Positions 14,801-29,800 of a DNA stretch of 64,000 nucleotides are shown in pieces; the stretch's first letter is position 1; each line of letters begins with the position of its first letter. The stretch is from positions 16,289,432-16,353,431 of the forward strand of contig NC_092679.1 of the NCBI RefSeq assembly GCF_964355755.1. Direction: 5' to 3'. This stretch comes from Antedon mediterranea. Lineage: Eukaryota > Animalia > Echinodermata. The translations under genes and the position numbers were made by a program. The notes below the pieces were generated by a model that ran no database searches, had not been told where the DNA came from, and saw only the letters and a list, made by a program, of their open reading frames with translations.

Positions 14801-17800
14801 AATAACATAAGATACAACATGAAGTCAAATGAAACAACGCTAGGCAGGAGCAGCGTAAGAAAAATGTGACAATGTAAGCCAAATGAGTCGGGTACTACTC
14901 AACAGTGTGTTACTAACTGTATACTATACAGTACTAGGCAAAGTCAGCGTGAAACGTACAAAACTCATGCAATCAATTCCAAATAATAAGCACATACTAG
15001 AAACCAAGGCAAGTACTTTGCATAACAAAAATCTCTTTTAATATAACATCACCCCAGTGCTATTTCGCATTGAATATTATATTATTATTATTTTAATCAT
15101 ATCTCTATAACAATTCATCCGAATATGTTCAAATTTAATAGATAGTAATAGATGGATAATGAAATCTATAATGAACAATAGTAAAGAAAGAAACAAAAAG
15201 ATGAGAATATAATAGGCAGAGTAAACAATACAATGAGAATGCAACCAGTTTCATTAATTACTTTTTATCCAACTTGTTCCGAGAATGAGACAATTTGGCT
15301 CAATACGGTACTGCTATACCGAAGGGAGTACCGATAATGGCTTTTCACAATGCGCACACTAATGAACAGACCGGTTGCGCGTCCTCAACATTAAGCCTTT
15401 ATATGCGCATCACTCGGTCCGTTAATACGTCCTTGATCCGATCACCTATAATGGATGATTAAAATATACAATAATAAAATCGTTTGTATCTTGCCTCAAG
15501 CCTTGATTTCCTTTAGTATTTCCATCAAGGTTTAAAATATAATACTTCATGAAATAAATCAGTGACAACCTACAGTACCTTGTATTTTTAAGATGATGAA
15601 TTAAAATATAGTTATCAACTCTTTTAATAAAAGAAGTGATAAATTTAAAGTGACAAACTGCGTGAATAAGTAATTAACTATAGCTAAGGGATCATGTCAA
15701 CATTTTCCTACTGCAGCTACTGCAGTAACTCATTTTGTTTATTCTTTAACATATGCTTTATTGGGTAATCATACACATTTCTGCTGCAGTACTTCTTCAA
15801 ATTCTACATTAACACAAACTAAAAATCTATGTTATTGCTGCAGTAATTCGGTAACTGCAGTAACTGCAGTAGAATAATTTTGACATGGTCTCTAACTCGA
15901 CACAAAGTCATTATCTATTTAAATGTCCAGTTGCTGTTTTCTCTGAACGACTGACCACCATGATGAAGCACATTATAATGGATTCGTTTAATGTTTCAAC
16001 TGAATACGACTATTAAAAAATGTAAATAAAACAGAAAATAGTAGAAAAAAAAGATGCAGAAGGAGACGTACAATTTGTTTATATTTTTCCTATGACAAGC
16101 TTTTTAGGATGGGTTTTAGGTGAAAAAGAAGGTATTAAGTGACCTTTCTCTTCTGTGGTAGCCAACATTTGTTCATGTTTATTGAAGTTCTTAAGCAAAT
16201 TTCAGATATATAAATAAAAGTAATTTGGAAAATCTTCATACTGATGCCACTATTAATTGTTAGGGTATTCATATAAATAGAATACATACATGATGACATT
16301 GCAGTAGAGTCAGCATAATGGTATTAAAACTTGGTTGCCAATAGGAGAGAGCAACGCAAAGGAGAAAGCAATCTGAACTGTTGCTTGTCAATGGTCAATT
16401 TGGTTGCGTTGCGCTTACGTCCTTGCGTTGCGTTCTAGTGAGAACCAAGCTTCAAGCACTGAAGACAAGGAGTACATGTACTGTAGCACTTAGCAACATA
16501 TAACCTCCAACCTAATGACTTCTCGATTTTTTAGGCCGCAACATATGTAATGACAGATAATGATGATGTTCTGTAGATGAATTATCACTAATAAATGAAA
16601 CTTTTAAATTACTGTAGTACACATGTATCATATGTTTGTACTTTAATCAAAATCCAGTTAGCAGAAACGACAACAACAACGTATGCTGTTTTTTCACTCT
16701 GATGTTATTGTACTTTGTTGTAGAATACAGTTTATATTTCAGAACATTTAGCTATGGTAAATAATTAGAATCAACAAGGTATACAGTACAATGAAAAAAA
16801 AAGTAAATGCTTAAATGACATTTTTTTTCATAGAAATATTCAATCTTGATATTACGTAATTAATTATGGAATGATAACACCTCCAACGAAAGACCACTTC
16901 TTATTATCCCTTATTATTATTATTATTATTATTTAATCCATCGTTTTCAGTGTAAAATTTAAATTAGCAGAATCCAAAAAAAAAACATTCTTAGGTAAAT
17001 CTCACATTATACTCTAGTTAATATCTGGTATTAAAGATATGAAATCTTTATTCTTTTGATAAAAGTGTTTATTATTGGAGGTAAATATTTCTGGAAAAAG
17101 TATTCAACTGTTCTTTTATAATAATTACATAATATCTACAACAAAACAGTTATATAGGACAGGTTGAAGTTATAATATTGAATCAAATACTAATTTTCGA
17201 TGTAATTGCACACCATTCCATAACAAAAATGTTGTACAATAAAAAATTTAAAGAAGAATTTATGCAATAAAAAAGAAATGATTTTCATATATAACATACT
17301 TGGCTCGATTAGCTACAGTATATAACCATTATACTATAATTAACAAATCAAATTTGTTATCGCAACACTGCTGTCAAACATAGAAGTAGCTATTTCCTGT
17401 AATATATTTCCTTCAAATAAAAATATTTTAATACTGTAGTATGTATACAGTATAGGCCTTTCCATTTGTATATCATATTATTATTAGGAATGAAATGAAG
17501 TCTGTAGCATGTTGGGTATTCCTACAAAAGGGTTTGTGGATTGTCTCATTTTTAGGATGGGGCGTTTCAACTAAAATATTGTTCTCTCACTTCAGACAAG
17601 GGCTAATGTCGGTTTATCCAGATAGCTAGGCACGAATAGACTCTTGTTGTTCTATAACAGAATTGGTCAACATAGAATAATACTATTTGTGGAAAAATAG
17701 TGCTCTTGACTAAGTTTTGAGGTACAAATTGCATAAAACGAATTAAAAAAATAAATATGGTTAACAAGGATCAAGATCATATCAGTATCAATCTCCATGG

Positions 17801-20800
17801 ATCACTAATAAACTATAAAGTGCCTTCTGGGGACCCCTTTGGAAAATGGTTATCCCCTGCTATCCATGATTTCTTCTTTCTGAAGTCTTTGTTTTTATAA
17901 TATTCTATACATTTATTTTCCTTCATATTTTATGCCGTTTCATAAATTGTACTATCCGTGAAATACAATAAATATAAATAGATGTATAATTATAATTTAA
18001 GACACCTATTATCAATATTGACAGTGTTTATTATCAATATTTTAAAAGTTAATTAAGGTTGAAATCTGAATATCCTGGTAGATACAACTTGGAACAGTAA
18101 CCAATGTAGTAAACCTTTACCACAGACAGCTGTATAGGAAATATACTGGTAGGTAATACTATTACTACATAGATAGTACAGAGCACCATACTGTAGGAAA
18201 TGAAGCCAATAAAGAGAACAAACAACAAACATTTAATATTACATATACTGTACACAGAGTAGAAATTACGAAAGGAATCAATGAAAAGATTTAGTTTAGC
18301 CATCTGACAGACTAACCTTTTCTCATCTGTAAAATCTAGTCAAACTTCATTCAAAGCATATTCACTTTCTTCGATTCAAATTATTAAATGACATTAAAAT
18401 ATTCGTCGAAAATCCTTTATTCAATGTACAGAGAATGTATACATGAATAATTATGAATAGATTCATTCTGATGATTATAGGTTTGTTGTTTGTACTACTG
18501 TAAAGCCCTCGGGGGTACGTGTTCTTTCGTTGTGTATATAATTAGGAACAACTGTCAAATTAAGAAAGGGTACTAAAGAAATGTATAATGCATAAATGAT
18601 TAAATGACTAGAGTATCCCTTGTTGAATGCAATTTAGTTATTTTGCATTTAGTTATGATCTTGGGCAACTTAAAATTTTAAAACCAAAGACCAAGAACAG
18701 TTTTTTTACAGATAACAATTTTAGATGGTATAGTGGTAGTACTGTATCTCCGCCTGTCACACGGAAGACCAGGGTTCAATTCCCCGTCTGGGCGGCTTAA
18801 GTATAATTTTATTTTTCAAATTTTTCTGTATTGTTATAACTTTTCTTTACTTTTAAACATTTTAACTGGACCATTTTAAAAAGCAGTACTACATACATGC
18901 CAACATCTGAAGTTTAAACAACGGGAGATGGTGTTTTTTTTAAGGTTAAAAGCACCCCCTATCTATTATCGAGAGTTAAGGAGAGCAGTGTGTAACATCA
19001 CAAGTGGTATCGCAAGGTGGCTATGTGAGGAGGATCCCCTTTCCGCAGATGGTCGTACGGTGGCTTACATAAATATCGTAAATATGCTTGTGTGTAAGCC
19101 TTTTTGTTATAATGGAAAACAACACATATATACATCAAAATTCAGTTATCTTTGTAATCTGAGAGAAAATGTGAAAAAACGAGAGCACAATATTAGGCCA
19201 GGAGACGAGTCTAAAATACGGGAGTCTCCCGGCCAAACAGGAGTGTTACGTGGTAATGCAATCCAGTCAAAAGAAGGAATAAATATATACTGTAAGAATA
19301 AGAATATTATACACATTTTTCCTACTGCACGCATACATACACATGGAGCATCAAAATGAGGAAGAAAAGTCATCTCATGTCATTGTATAGTTGTTTATTC
19401 CTTACCGCATCTATCTGATTTTGATTTATCGTTTAATACCTTATAGCCCACTGAATACCTAGCTAATTGATGGCACAGTAGTTTACCCCATTCCTTCTGG
19501 GCCTTCTTCATAATTAAATGTCTTCAAGGAAGTAGTGTACAAGGTGAACTTTTACATTGACCCTAAAGCTAGGCCTAGTATTGACAGATGGTAGGTATTT
19601 CAAATTCTTCTCACTGCCCAAGGTGTGTTTCTATTTCTTTTATTTCGTATTTCCCCAATATGAATCGAGTAAATATTTAAATTGAATATATAGGAGGGAA
19701 CAAGGTTAAGATATATTCAAGTATGACTTTGTGTGTTTTTATGATTTGCTTGGTCTGTGAAATTGTGAATTTTTTGTTTTATTTCTCACAATTTTCATGC
19801 ATTTCATTACTATTTTTTACTAGTTTTAATCTTATTCTTGGACATTTTGTTCATCAATAATTGTATTAATCAATGCAACATAACATTTCACAAGTTAAAA
19901 ATAAAGATATATAAGCAGTTAACTGTATAAAATAGAGTTGAAACCATGACAATCAAATACTTGGCTACTTCAAGTCAAGTAAATTTAATTCTGAAGAAAT
20001 TTTGTGTTACTGCAGTAAACTCAAGAATGATGATAAAACAATAATATTTTGGAATAAACTGAAAATGGATAAAATATATTGAATAGAATGTTTTCAGGAA
20101 GTCATTAAACTTCAATCATGTACAGGGTCACGACCTTCGTCTCCAGAAATCCTTGCATTCACAAAGGTAGAAAGTAATGTATTGAGAAGATTTTTAACAA
20201 ATTTGGGATTTAAAATATGGTAGTGATATGCCAAAATATGGTCCATATATGGGCAAAACACATTTGTTGTCACATCAAGTTTGATATTGTAGACAGAGCA
20301 TAAGTTTGTTTTGCCACCCAATGTTTATTAACTAAGCTATTTGGATAGGCTATTTTTTCCACAAAAAGGACAGAAGTATTTGACCATATTATATCACATC
20401 CATTGTAAAAGCCACTTCAGGAAAAAGGGGGTTTGTTTGAACCCTATGAACCTCTCAGATTATGAGCTTGCATGGAAAGGTGCACTAGGAAATCCCTATC
20501 TTTATTACAAAATAGATTTTATGCACATGTGGTACGCATACACGTCCAATGGCTTAAAGTCTCCTCCGAAGACAATTCACAAGCATCGAGAACTGCAGAC
20601 AGGTCGTAAACTTCTCACTGTTGATATCTAGACCAAGAACTATGTTGATAATCCAGACGAATCCATTTAAATTAGGCCGTGTAGTAATTATCCGACAGGG
20701 CACAATTATCACAAACAATATTTTCATTATGCCAAATCCTCTTCGAAATACTGTATCAGTTTTGCATATTTACTAGATGGTTAGTCTACTTGCACACAAC

Positions 20801-23800
20801 TGTTTCTAAATATCCACACTAATAAAGTTTAAGTAGTTTACAGCACAATGCTAAGGATATAGCTGTAATTGTGCCTGCCAGCAAAAATAGATGCAAATTG
20901 TATTCCATATTCTAATATGTAATTAATAAATATTAACAATCAGTGCGGGCTGCAAACAATAGGACCTGACTTGATATTTTGTTTGTTTTCGGTTCACTTG
21001 GATAGCAACCTGTAGACTTTACTAGCCCTGCAACTTGGCCACTGCTATTAGTAGTTGCAGCAGTAGCTCTGGTGTAGCTCTCAGTGTATAGCTCTCCATT
21101 CAGACATGTTTACTGTACTTGTACCATGTTTCGAAAAGCAATGGTTTTGTGTTGGGATGCTCCCACAGGGTTCATGGAATGTACTATTATATGACAGGGG
21201 TGAATGTAATATATTCAAGTTATAGATAGCTTTCTTCTCAAAGAGAATAGGCCACTGTCGGTTCATTCAGGTAAACTAGGCACAAAAAAGACTGCAAGCC
21301 AAATTTTCGCACTGTCTATATAAAGACAGCATTTCTCATGTACTAGTTAACAAGGATTTAACAAGCTTGTCCAATTATTTATATCTATAGGGAGAAAATA
21401 CAAAAAAATATCTTACCTGGATAAAAATCATTTGCTTTTGATAATTTGATATTTGTTCCTGTGTCTCGTTGTAACTGTGCGATCGTTTGACCTCCTTTTC
21501 CGATGATTGAACCTGCGGCCGTGCTTGGAATCAACATTTTTAAAACACATTTTGAATCGTCACCTGATGAAACAAATAATTAAAATATTTAATTTTAATA
21601 ATGATAATAATATTTTTTCTAGTTTCTTAAAATAAAAATTAGCAGTCGATCAATATGTTATAAATATACCCTGTTCAGGGGACACTTTCCTGTGAAACAA
21701 ATTTGGATAAATATAGTTTTTAACACTACGGCAACTCCTACAGTATTCAGGAGAAATCCCCAATTCAAGGACATCCGGATTAAGGGAACACTTTTTTTGG
21801 TCCTGAAAATGTCCCCTTAAAGTGCCCTCTTAATTATTAATAGGAATTCTACTGTCTAAATATGTGTAATAATTTATCCTTTGATCTAATTGAGGTGCAA
21901 ACAATCAATACATTGTGAATATAAGAATATAGAGATTTTAATATAACATGTTGGCTTGTGATTGATTTAGCCTTATGGCTGTTAGCACCAGTCTCTTTAC
22001 AGTTATTGTACCCTTTCTGCTTTTCAACAAAAGCAGTTTAATACTGATGTGTTATGGGATTGTATTACACGTAAGTTAAACATTGGAAATTAATTTCAAC
22101 GTCGTCTAATTTACACCCAGAAGGAGGTGTAAATTAATTGATGAAGGTACAGTAGATTTACCATTACCAGTAATCAAGAGATTTTAATTACTTTGAATGT
22201 ACAGTAAAACCTTAAAGCAGGGCTGTAGCCAGCATGAGGCACTACTCACCCCAATTCCCCAGCAGAGATCGTCATATTTTATATTAATAATTTAAAGCAT
22301 TTTTGCCTCATCTGTTTTTAACCTCTCGCTACGGCCTTGTTAAAGGGTGCACCTTTGGTACCCAAAAAAGTGTCCCCTTAATAGGGAGTGTCTGAATACA
22401 CAAACCAAAAGTGGTGTTGAAAGACTCATCTTTTAATGTATCTGAGGTCCCCACTTTTGAACACTGGCGTAACCCTTCTATTCTTCTGAAAAGTGTGCTA
22501 GGTTCCTTCTAATTAGCCAGGCTATCTTCCTATCCGAGAACTACTATGGAGGAGTAGTGACTGACACACTATCACACTCTATGTAACTCAATGTTTGGGC
22601 ATATCGCTACCATGTTTGGGCATATTGCTACCATATTTGGTTGCATCACACTTTTTCAAATTAGTTTGAGAGTGTAGACAGAGCATTACCACACTTGACT
22701 TGATTTAATAAATTTTCAGTATATATACTCCTCTACTAACACATAATACAAAATAAAATCATTGTTTAAAAATACCTAGACATTAAAATGAAACCTGTCG
22801 AACCAATCTTAAGCTCTGTCTTCATTATCAAACTTGCACAAATGGACACGATGACACATATCACTACCATATTTGGGCACATCACATTTTTTTTTTGAAA
22901 ACTAGTTTGATAGTGTAGACAGAGCTCAATGCTATTACTGTAAATTGGTTTTTAGGTTTAATAGTAGAAACCCAGTTAAACAAGTGGACTATACATTTTC
23001 TAATTGAAAAATATAATTTGTATGCTTTTTGTAATAGCTGTGTGTAGTTTCCTAGGTTTGGTTGGGCAGGAAGGGGTATGGCAGGATCTAAAGACAAAGA
23101 ACAATAAATACATCTACTAAGGATTAATTTTCAATCACAGAAAGTAGTTCTCCACACATTTTGAAAGGTGCGGTGTTTCCAATAATCAGTGAATTTAAAC
23201 GTAATAGTTTAAAACCTACTGTATGGTTAAAAGCTAAAAGGTAAAGCCATTTGTAATAGCTATGTTTAGTTATCCAGGTAAAATAGACATTAAAATAAAC
23301 AATTGGGACACTAGGCCTACTCATTTCAACTTGACAATTTACAAAATAAAAACACACAAGAAAAATTGAGTGGAATATTTTATATATCAAAACAAGGTCA
23401 TAATTGTCTTATTATATAAATTTGTCAAAAAATGCATTTATGCATTTATTTTCGATTAAATGCATTTTGTTTTAATACTCTGATTTCCCATATTTCCAAT
23501 CAAGAACGAAAAAGCTAAATAACCCACGAGAGAGGCTTACGTGACTTAATTGCATCTGTAAAAATGGAGACGGCAAGAGCTTCCTAATCATACGGCTTTA
23601 CTTCTAGTGTTTGAGTGCACTTTTAAGACTCAACCAACCAGCATATATTACCCATAAATAACATTTAGAATGAATCACAGAATCATAAAATCTCAAAAGC
23701 ATTGTAGCCTAGCTCTTAGGTTTATACCGTGTATGATTTTAATGCATTGTTTAACATGATGAATAATTAACAGAAACCTCTTACGACTAATTAATTATGT

Positions 23801-26800
23801 AGTGTTTCGAGATCTAATACGGGATATGCTTTTATAGGATATAGGTTGTCTTCAAATATAGCTAGCCTGCTTAACTACAGTTCATTACTTGAGACCTGCT
23901 TGACCCTTTAGTTTATTAAGGGCAATTTAAAAGTGCAAGGAGGGGGAAGCATAGAGGAGGAGAATTGCTGAGGGGTAGGGAAAAGAGGGGATGGAGATAC
24001 AAGTTTCAAATAGGGATTTATTTGTTTTATTTATTACATTTTTGTACCAATATAAGCAACACTACAATAGTTTCAAAACTAGAAAGGAGTTTATTTTAAC
24101 ATCATTTTCTCTGCAGGGAAATTGGTGTGTCGATAGATATGATAACCAACTAGCAATTACAGTACCTCTTTACTGTGGAAACCTCCCAAATATCTTTGGT
24201 AACTACAGTATGATGTTTAGATACCAATAAAAGCAACTTAGTTTTAAAATGTTTAAATCATTTTAGTTTGAGCTAAAATCAGTCTTCCGTTGGGTTCATT
24301 TATTAGCATTAATATACTACAGGTATGGGCTTGTAACCATAAAACCTAAAGCACCACACTATATCAAACTTTATGTGACAAAAACATTTGATGTCATATT
24401 ACTACCATATTTGGGCATATCACTACCATATTTGGGCACATCAAACTTTTTTGTCAAACTAGTTTGATAGTGTAGACAGAGCTTTAAAGGGCCTAGCCCA
24501 TTGATGTGAACAACACTATTAATGAATGTTCTACTTGATGAGGCTTAATAGTAGTGTTATACAGAAATATAAAAAAAATGAGATTCAGAAAATTATTGAT
24601 AAAAATAGTGATAAATACACTATTTATTGAATTTGTAATGTTCACATTAAGCATGATAAACTAATCAATTTGCAATTGTCTAATTTCATGCTGTTGGTTT
24701 TAACCAGCTTTTAATCAAGTCAAAAACGTTGCACATATAAAATTCACAAAATGATGTATTTTGTCATTCAGCTAAAAATGATGAAAATTATTTATTTACT
24801 GTACAAGTCTTTTTATTCACTGCTAAATCAATTATGCATGCTGTTCTGATCCTCAGAATCAGCGTCTTAAGCCTGGATATGTATTCCACAGTCGTTTATA
24901 ATGAATTGTTCGTTGCGTTTTGATACTATCAGCGTCCAACTGAGAAACACAGCATGCTAAACAATTAATGTCATAGCGTATTCTCTTCAACGATACTGAC
25001 ACGTACAAAATAACGGGCACCATGTGATAAATAATTACTTCTTCATAAATGATATGCCAAGCGTTTGTAAAATGAGGTAGTAAGATTTACTAACTAGAAG
25101 TCATTTAAATTTTGTTGTTTGTCCTACTGCTGTAGAGACGCTTATTAAATTTAGTGAAACAGAGATGAATATTGAAGTTTAACAGTAAATTTTTGAGGGA
25201 ACTAAAATGCTGAACACTAGCTGAGTCAAACAATTTACGAGTCTCAAAGGGGATGTCAAATTGAGTTGGCTTAACTAAAAGTTGGAATACAAAATGCTTT
25301 TAGGAGTACTACATTGCCATAGTATTCAGTTTATACTGTAAATATTCAACAGGAAAAAATAAACACAGTTGTTTTTCTAAATCAAGTCTCGTGTAACACT
25401 AACAACCTCGACAAAATATAGTATCTGAATCCACTCGATGAAAATGTACTTTATTACGTCTTTTTTATGAGCACATTGAAACGAGATGTTATGTACTACT
25501 ATTTATCAATACTAGTGGTTAAAAAATATATAGAAACATGCTTCAAAAGATAGAGGATACAATGTTCGTTTAAGCACTTTACACATATGGTCAACTACTG
25601 TAAGTCCGATAATTTAAGATGATGAAATGGCAGAAGTGAAGAAAACTAGTTTAAACGTTCATTTAAATCCTGGTTATTAAAGGATCATGTCTCGGATATA
25701 AAAACATACTATATGATATAACACTAAAGAAATTAAGTACTGTTTAAAAGAATATTGTATCATCACTACATATAGAAATGTTAATAAGTTGATAAGTTGT
25801 GGTTTTTTTGTAAGGTGTCCGTTACAACATTTTAAATATCCTAATATCCCTTTAGTATAATAATAACTTCCTATTCAATTATGATCAATTAGAGAGAGTT
25901 TGACCAAATTAAGATATAACTTGATATAACACCAATAAATTAGTCAAAGTAACATTGACTTGGTTAAGATTCCAAGTTTACAAGTGTATAGCTTAACCAT
26001 GAGATAATTGACTAGATCAACATTGGTCTTGATTGTAGTATAGCGAAATAAGCAACATAGTAATAGAAAATAACGTATGTACAAGCAACAAAGCTTATTC
26101 TTGTTAAAACTAGGAGAAGGTCGAGAATGCCGATACGAATATACCCGTGAATCAGGTTAACGAGAGAGAAATGAGGCAACAGCGCTCCAGAGCTGCCATT
26201 AAAACTTCCATAGTTAAATTAGAGATATAAGGTATTTCACAAGTTAAATCTCACTATGTGCAGTTAGCCATGCTACGATGCAACAGAAAATTGAATTGAA
26301 TCGACAAAAAGGGTAGTAATGAGTTATGTTTATTTATTTTTTTAAATTTCAAAACAATTATCATTTTAAGATGGAGCAATTCGCAGAATTTCTCATAAAT
26401 GAATTTAAGAAATGTTATACTTTTCGAGTTTTATCTCCATCTTGAGTTGAAAAGGCTATTGTCTGGTTATTCAGGTAAAGCTAGGCACAAAATAGACCTA
26501 CAATTAAACTAAATACTCTCATATAGCTTGGAATCTCTTTTTGGCTGTTGTATGATCTTTTTGTTTTGGTTGAGCTTCCTGCTTATTTTATGTGTATCAC
26601 CATTGAAATCCAGCCACTGGTACATCCTCGTCCTATATCCCCCTCCCCTCCCCCTTTCAATAACAGAACATTTTTGTCAGTAACGTGCTTTTGGATTTAT
26701 AAATTCAGTCCAATATAACATTTTTATACATTTCAGTAACCATGTCAATAAGCTAATTATACAGTCAATTATACACAATCAAAAGTAATCAATTACTTTG

Positions 26801-29800
26801 AATATTTCAGTAGATTCATCTCCGGGGTATATACACTTTCACTAGAGAGGAATTATAATTCCCTCCTTTTTGAATACATATTTTTAAATATTTATGTTGA
26901 TATTGACCTTCTACTGTACACTGCTGCTAGTCAAGGGAGTGCCCTTTGAAGGCAATATCTTGCATATCCTTTATTCAATATACAGTAGGTAATACACACA
27001 AATTTAGAATTGTTATAAAGCTCTGTCTACACTATCAAACTAGTGTGATGTGCCGAAAAATGGTAGAGATATGACATCATCATGTCCATACATTTTTTGT
27101 CACATAAAGTTTGATAGTGTAGACAGAGCTTAAAATATTAATGTCACGTTCACATGCTTTAAGTCACTCATGATGGAAGACCATCCACTCATGACCAACT
27201 CTTTAGTGGGTTTTTAACAGTCAGTCACGTATCATAAGTATTTCACTTAATTTGCTCATGATTGACATGTGAACGCAATTTATTTTTTATTTATTTATTT
27301 TTTATTAGAAAGTGTATCAATATGATTGTACTGTATATATGTGGTTTTTGTCACCAATTTATTTTGAAATACTGTAAAGTAGTGTAATGATAATAATAAT
27401 GAAAAGTACTGTACTTCATCAGAGTTAATATACTACACTTTACACTACAGACTACAGTATACGATTATTCCTGTTTAGATTTAACATTGATGTAACAATA
27501 CAATTTTGTAATTAACTTTATAGTCAAAGATACACAATACGCTATACTTGTTTCACTAAATTAAAATTTTTAATTGACATCAATATCATATAAATAGATG
27601 AAACACATGTTCTACACTCTATACATCAACTAATTAACATACCATATGAAATTGACAGAGAAAAAAATTCAAAATACATCAATTATAAAACACTAATGAT
27701 TTATACAGTCGGAGTAATAATTACAGATGAAATTTACAACCGAAATACACAATAGGAGAATGGGATATCCCTTGAGACTAAGGTCACATGACATCAAGGA
27801 CGTTTTGTTCGGGTTTTGCATAAGCGTCTAAAAAATAATAAATTCATAAAAATATACTAGTTATTATCATTAAATTATTATTGTTAATTTTTTTTTAGTT
27901 CGTTTCTTATTTATCAATATTAACACTGTACAATAGATATAAAAAAAAACTGATCTATCAATTTATATATTAGAAGTTAATTAAACATTATGAAAAATAC
28001 AAATTTTGGGATAATATTGTACAGCGCCACTGGTATAAGATGTACATGCTTTTCCTATTTGGGTCACGTAATATCATGTAGGTATAATTATTATTATTAT
28101 TATCCGCAACAGGGTTATGTGAATTCGTAGCGTAACACTCTACTAACCTTTGATTTGTTGAAGATGTACTTAAAGTATATAGGTTTTTTAGTACAAATAC
28201 AAAGTATATTACATGGGACATAAATGTAATAATATGATTTTTTTTCGTATTTATCTGAGATTTTTTTTTACTGTACCCCAACCATGGTAAAGTTCAAACA
28301 CACAGCATTCTTTTGGTTGTTTGCATATTTTTATAATCTTACTTAACATATTTTTTTGTAATCTTGTTCCAAGATTTCTGTGTGTTTATAAATTTTTCTA
28401 CTGAAGCAGATTTCAATCAATTGAAACCACCAGATTTATGCAATTCCGTGCTAGATTTTTAGATTTTAAAAATACTTATGTTAAATAAAGGTATCAAAAC
28501 TGACAGAAGTTCATCAAAATCCTGTCAAAGTTGTAAACAAATTAACCATGCAAAAAAAAATGGAAAACATGTCTGTTATGTCTCTATCCTTGAGCTATAC
28601 TAATTAAATTATTACAGCTACTAATGTATCTATCACCATGGTAACAATAATGAGATATTTATAGTAAGGTCTTGTGCTAATGCCTTTCCCTGTGAGGGAG
28701 GCCTACTTCATTAAGATATCTGATACCTACCAGCTCATTTCACAATGTTAATTCATTTACAGTCTGTGCTTACTTCATTTCTAATAATGTAAAAAATAAG
28801 CTTTTCATGTTTTCTAAATTTATTCTGCACAGAAATTAGATTTTTTATTAATGAGAAAGGCAATTTAATATCAATATGACAGTATCATGGTAAAAATATA
28901 ATAGTTCACAAGCATACAGCAGAGGAAGGGAGCGGAGAGAAGGAGGGAGCAGTGGAGGGAGAGAGCGGAGGAAGGGATCAGATAACTTTCTAGGTATTGG
29001 GATGTACGCTCAAAGGTCAGTCGGTGGGAGGCAATGCAGTGTACTGGAAAAAAGGGGTAAAGACTGCTCGAAACATATTATAATTTACCAGTGCTACAGA
29101 AATAATCTGTACTTTAGTTCAAAATTATTCAATGAAGACCTACATACGCCATTGACTATGTATAAAAATAGACATGAGACATGCTAAGCTACATCTTTAC
29201 TACTAGTTTGACAAAAAAGTGCCCAAATACAGCAGTGATATGACATCATTGTGTCCATATATGGGCACATCACATTTTTTTGTCACTTTAAAGTGTAGAA
29301 AGAGCTCTACTCTACCCCATGCTTTACCGTCCCACCACATTTTGTTTAAATATGAGAAGAATTAGTTGTGCCAGAACTAGACAGCCGTTCTGTGATTAAA
29401 AATCAGTGAAGTATCAAAATGATCAATCAAATGAATAAAGCTAGTATAGTCATATACAATTACATCTCTCACTTTCTTCTTTTAAAAATCAATAAATATT
29501 TCCCCAGGCTAGGATGTTTTTATTTTTTCAAGTTTCTTTCTCAAAGAAATGGCATACGATTGAACTATGACCTATATTTACAGTATACTAACTAAAAATG
29601 GATCGAGATTATGTTTTTTTTGTAAAAATGTCTGTTTCTTCTCTCCTGCATTCTTTATTTTTGTGGTCTTTTTGGTCTTTTTGCTAAATGCCTATTGAAA
29701 TATCAAAATATAGAATTCATAGTAATAGTATATAAGTTATAATTAAGCACAAAATTCTGATAATATATCTAGTCAATATAGAGTACCTTACTTCACACAC

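Noticed and set aside
18928-19359. 143-aa ORF in Nova intron 2
   Set aside because: It overlaps a MITE-like repeat (CATGCCAAC...CGGGAGA / CGGGAGTCTCCCGG) and has no recognisable domain or splice support.
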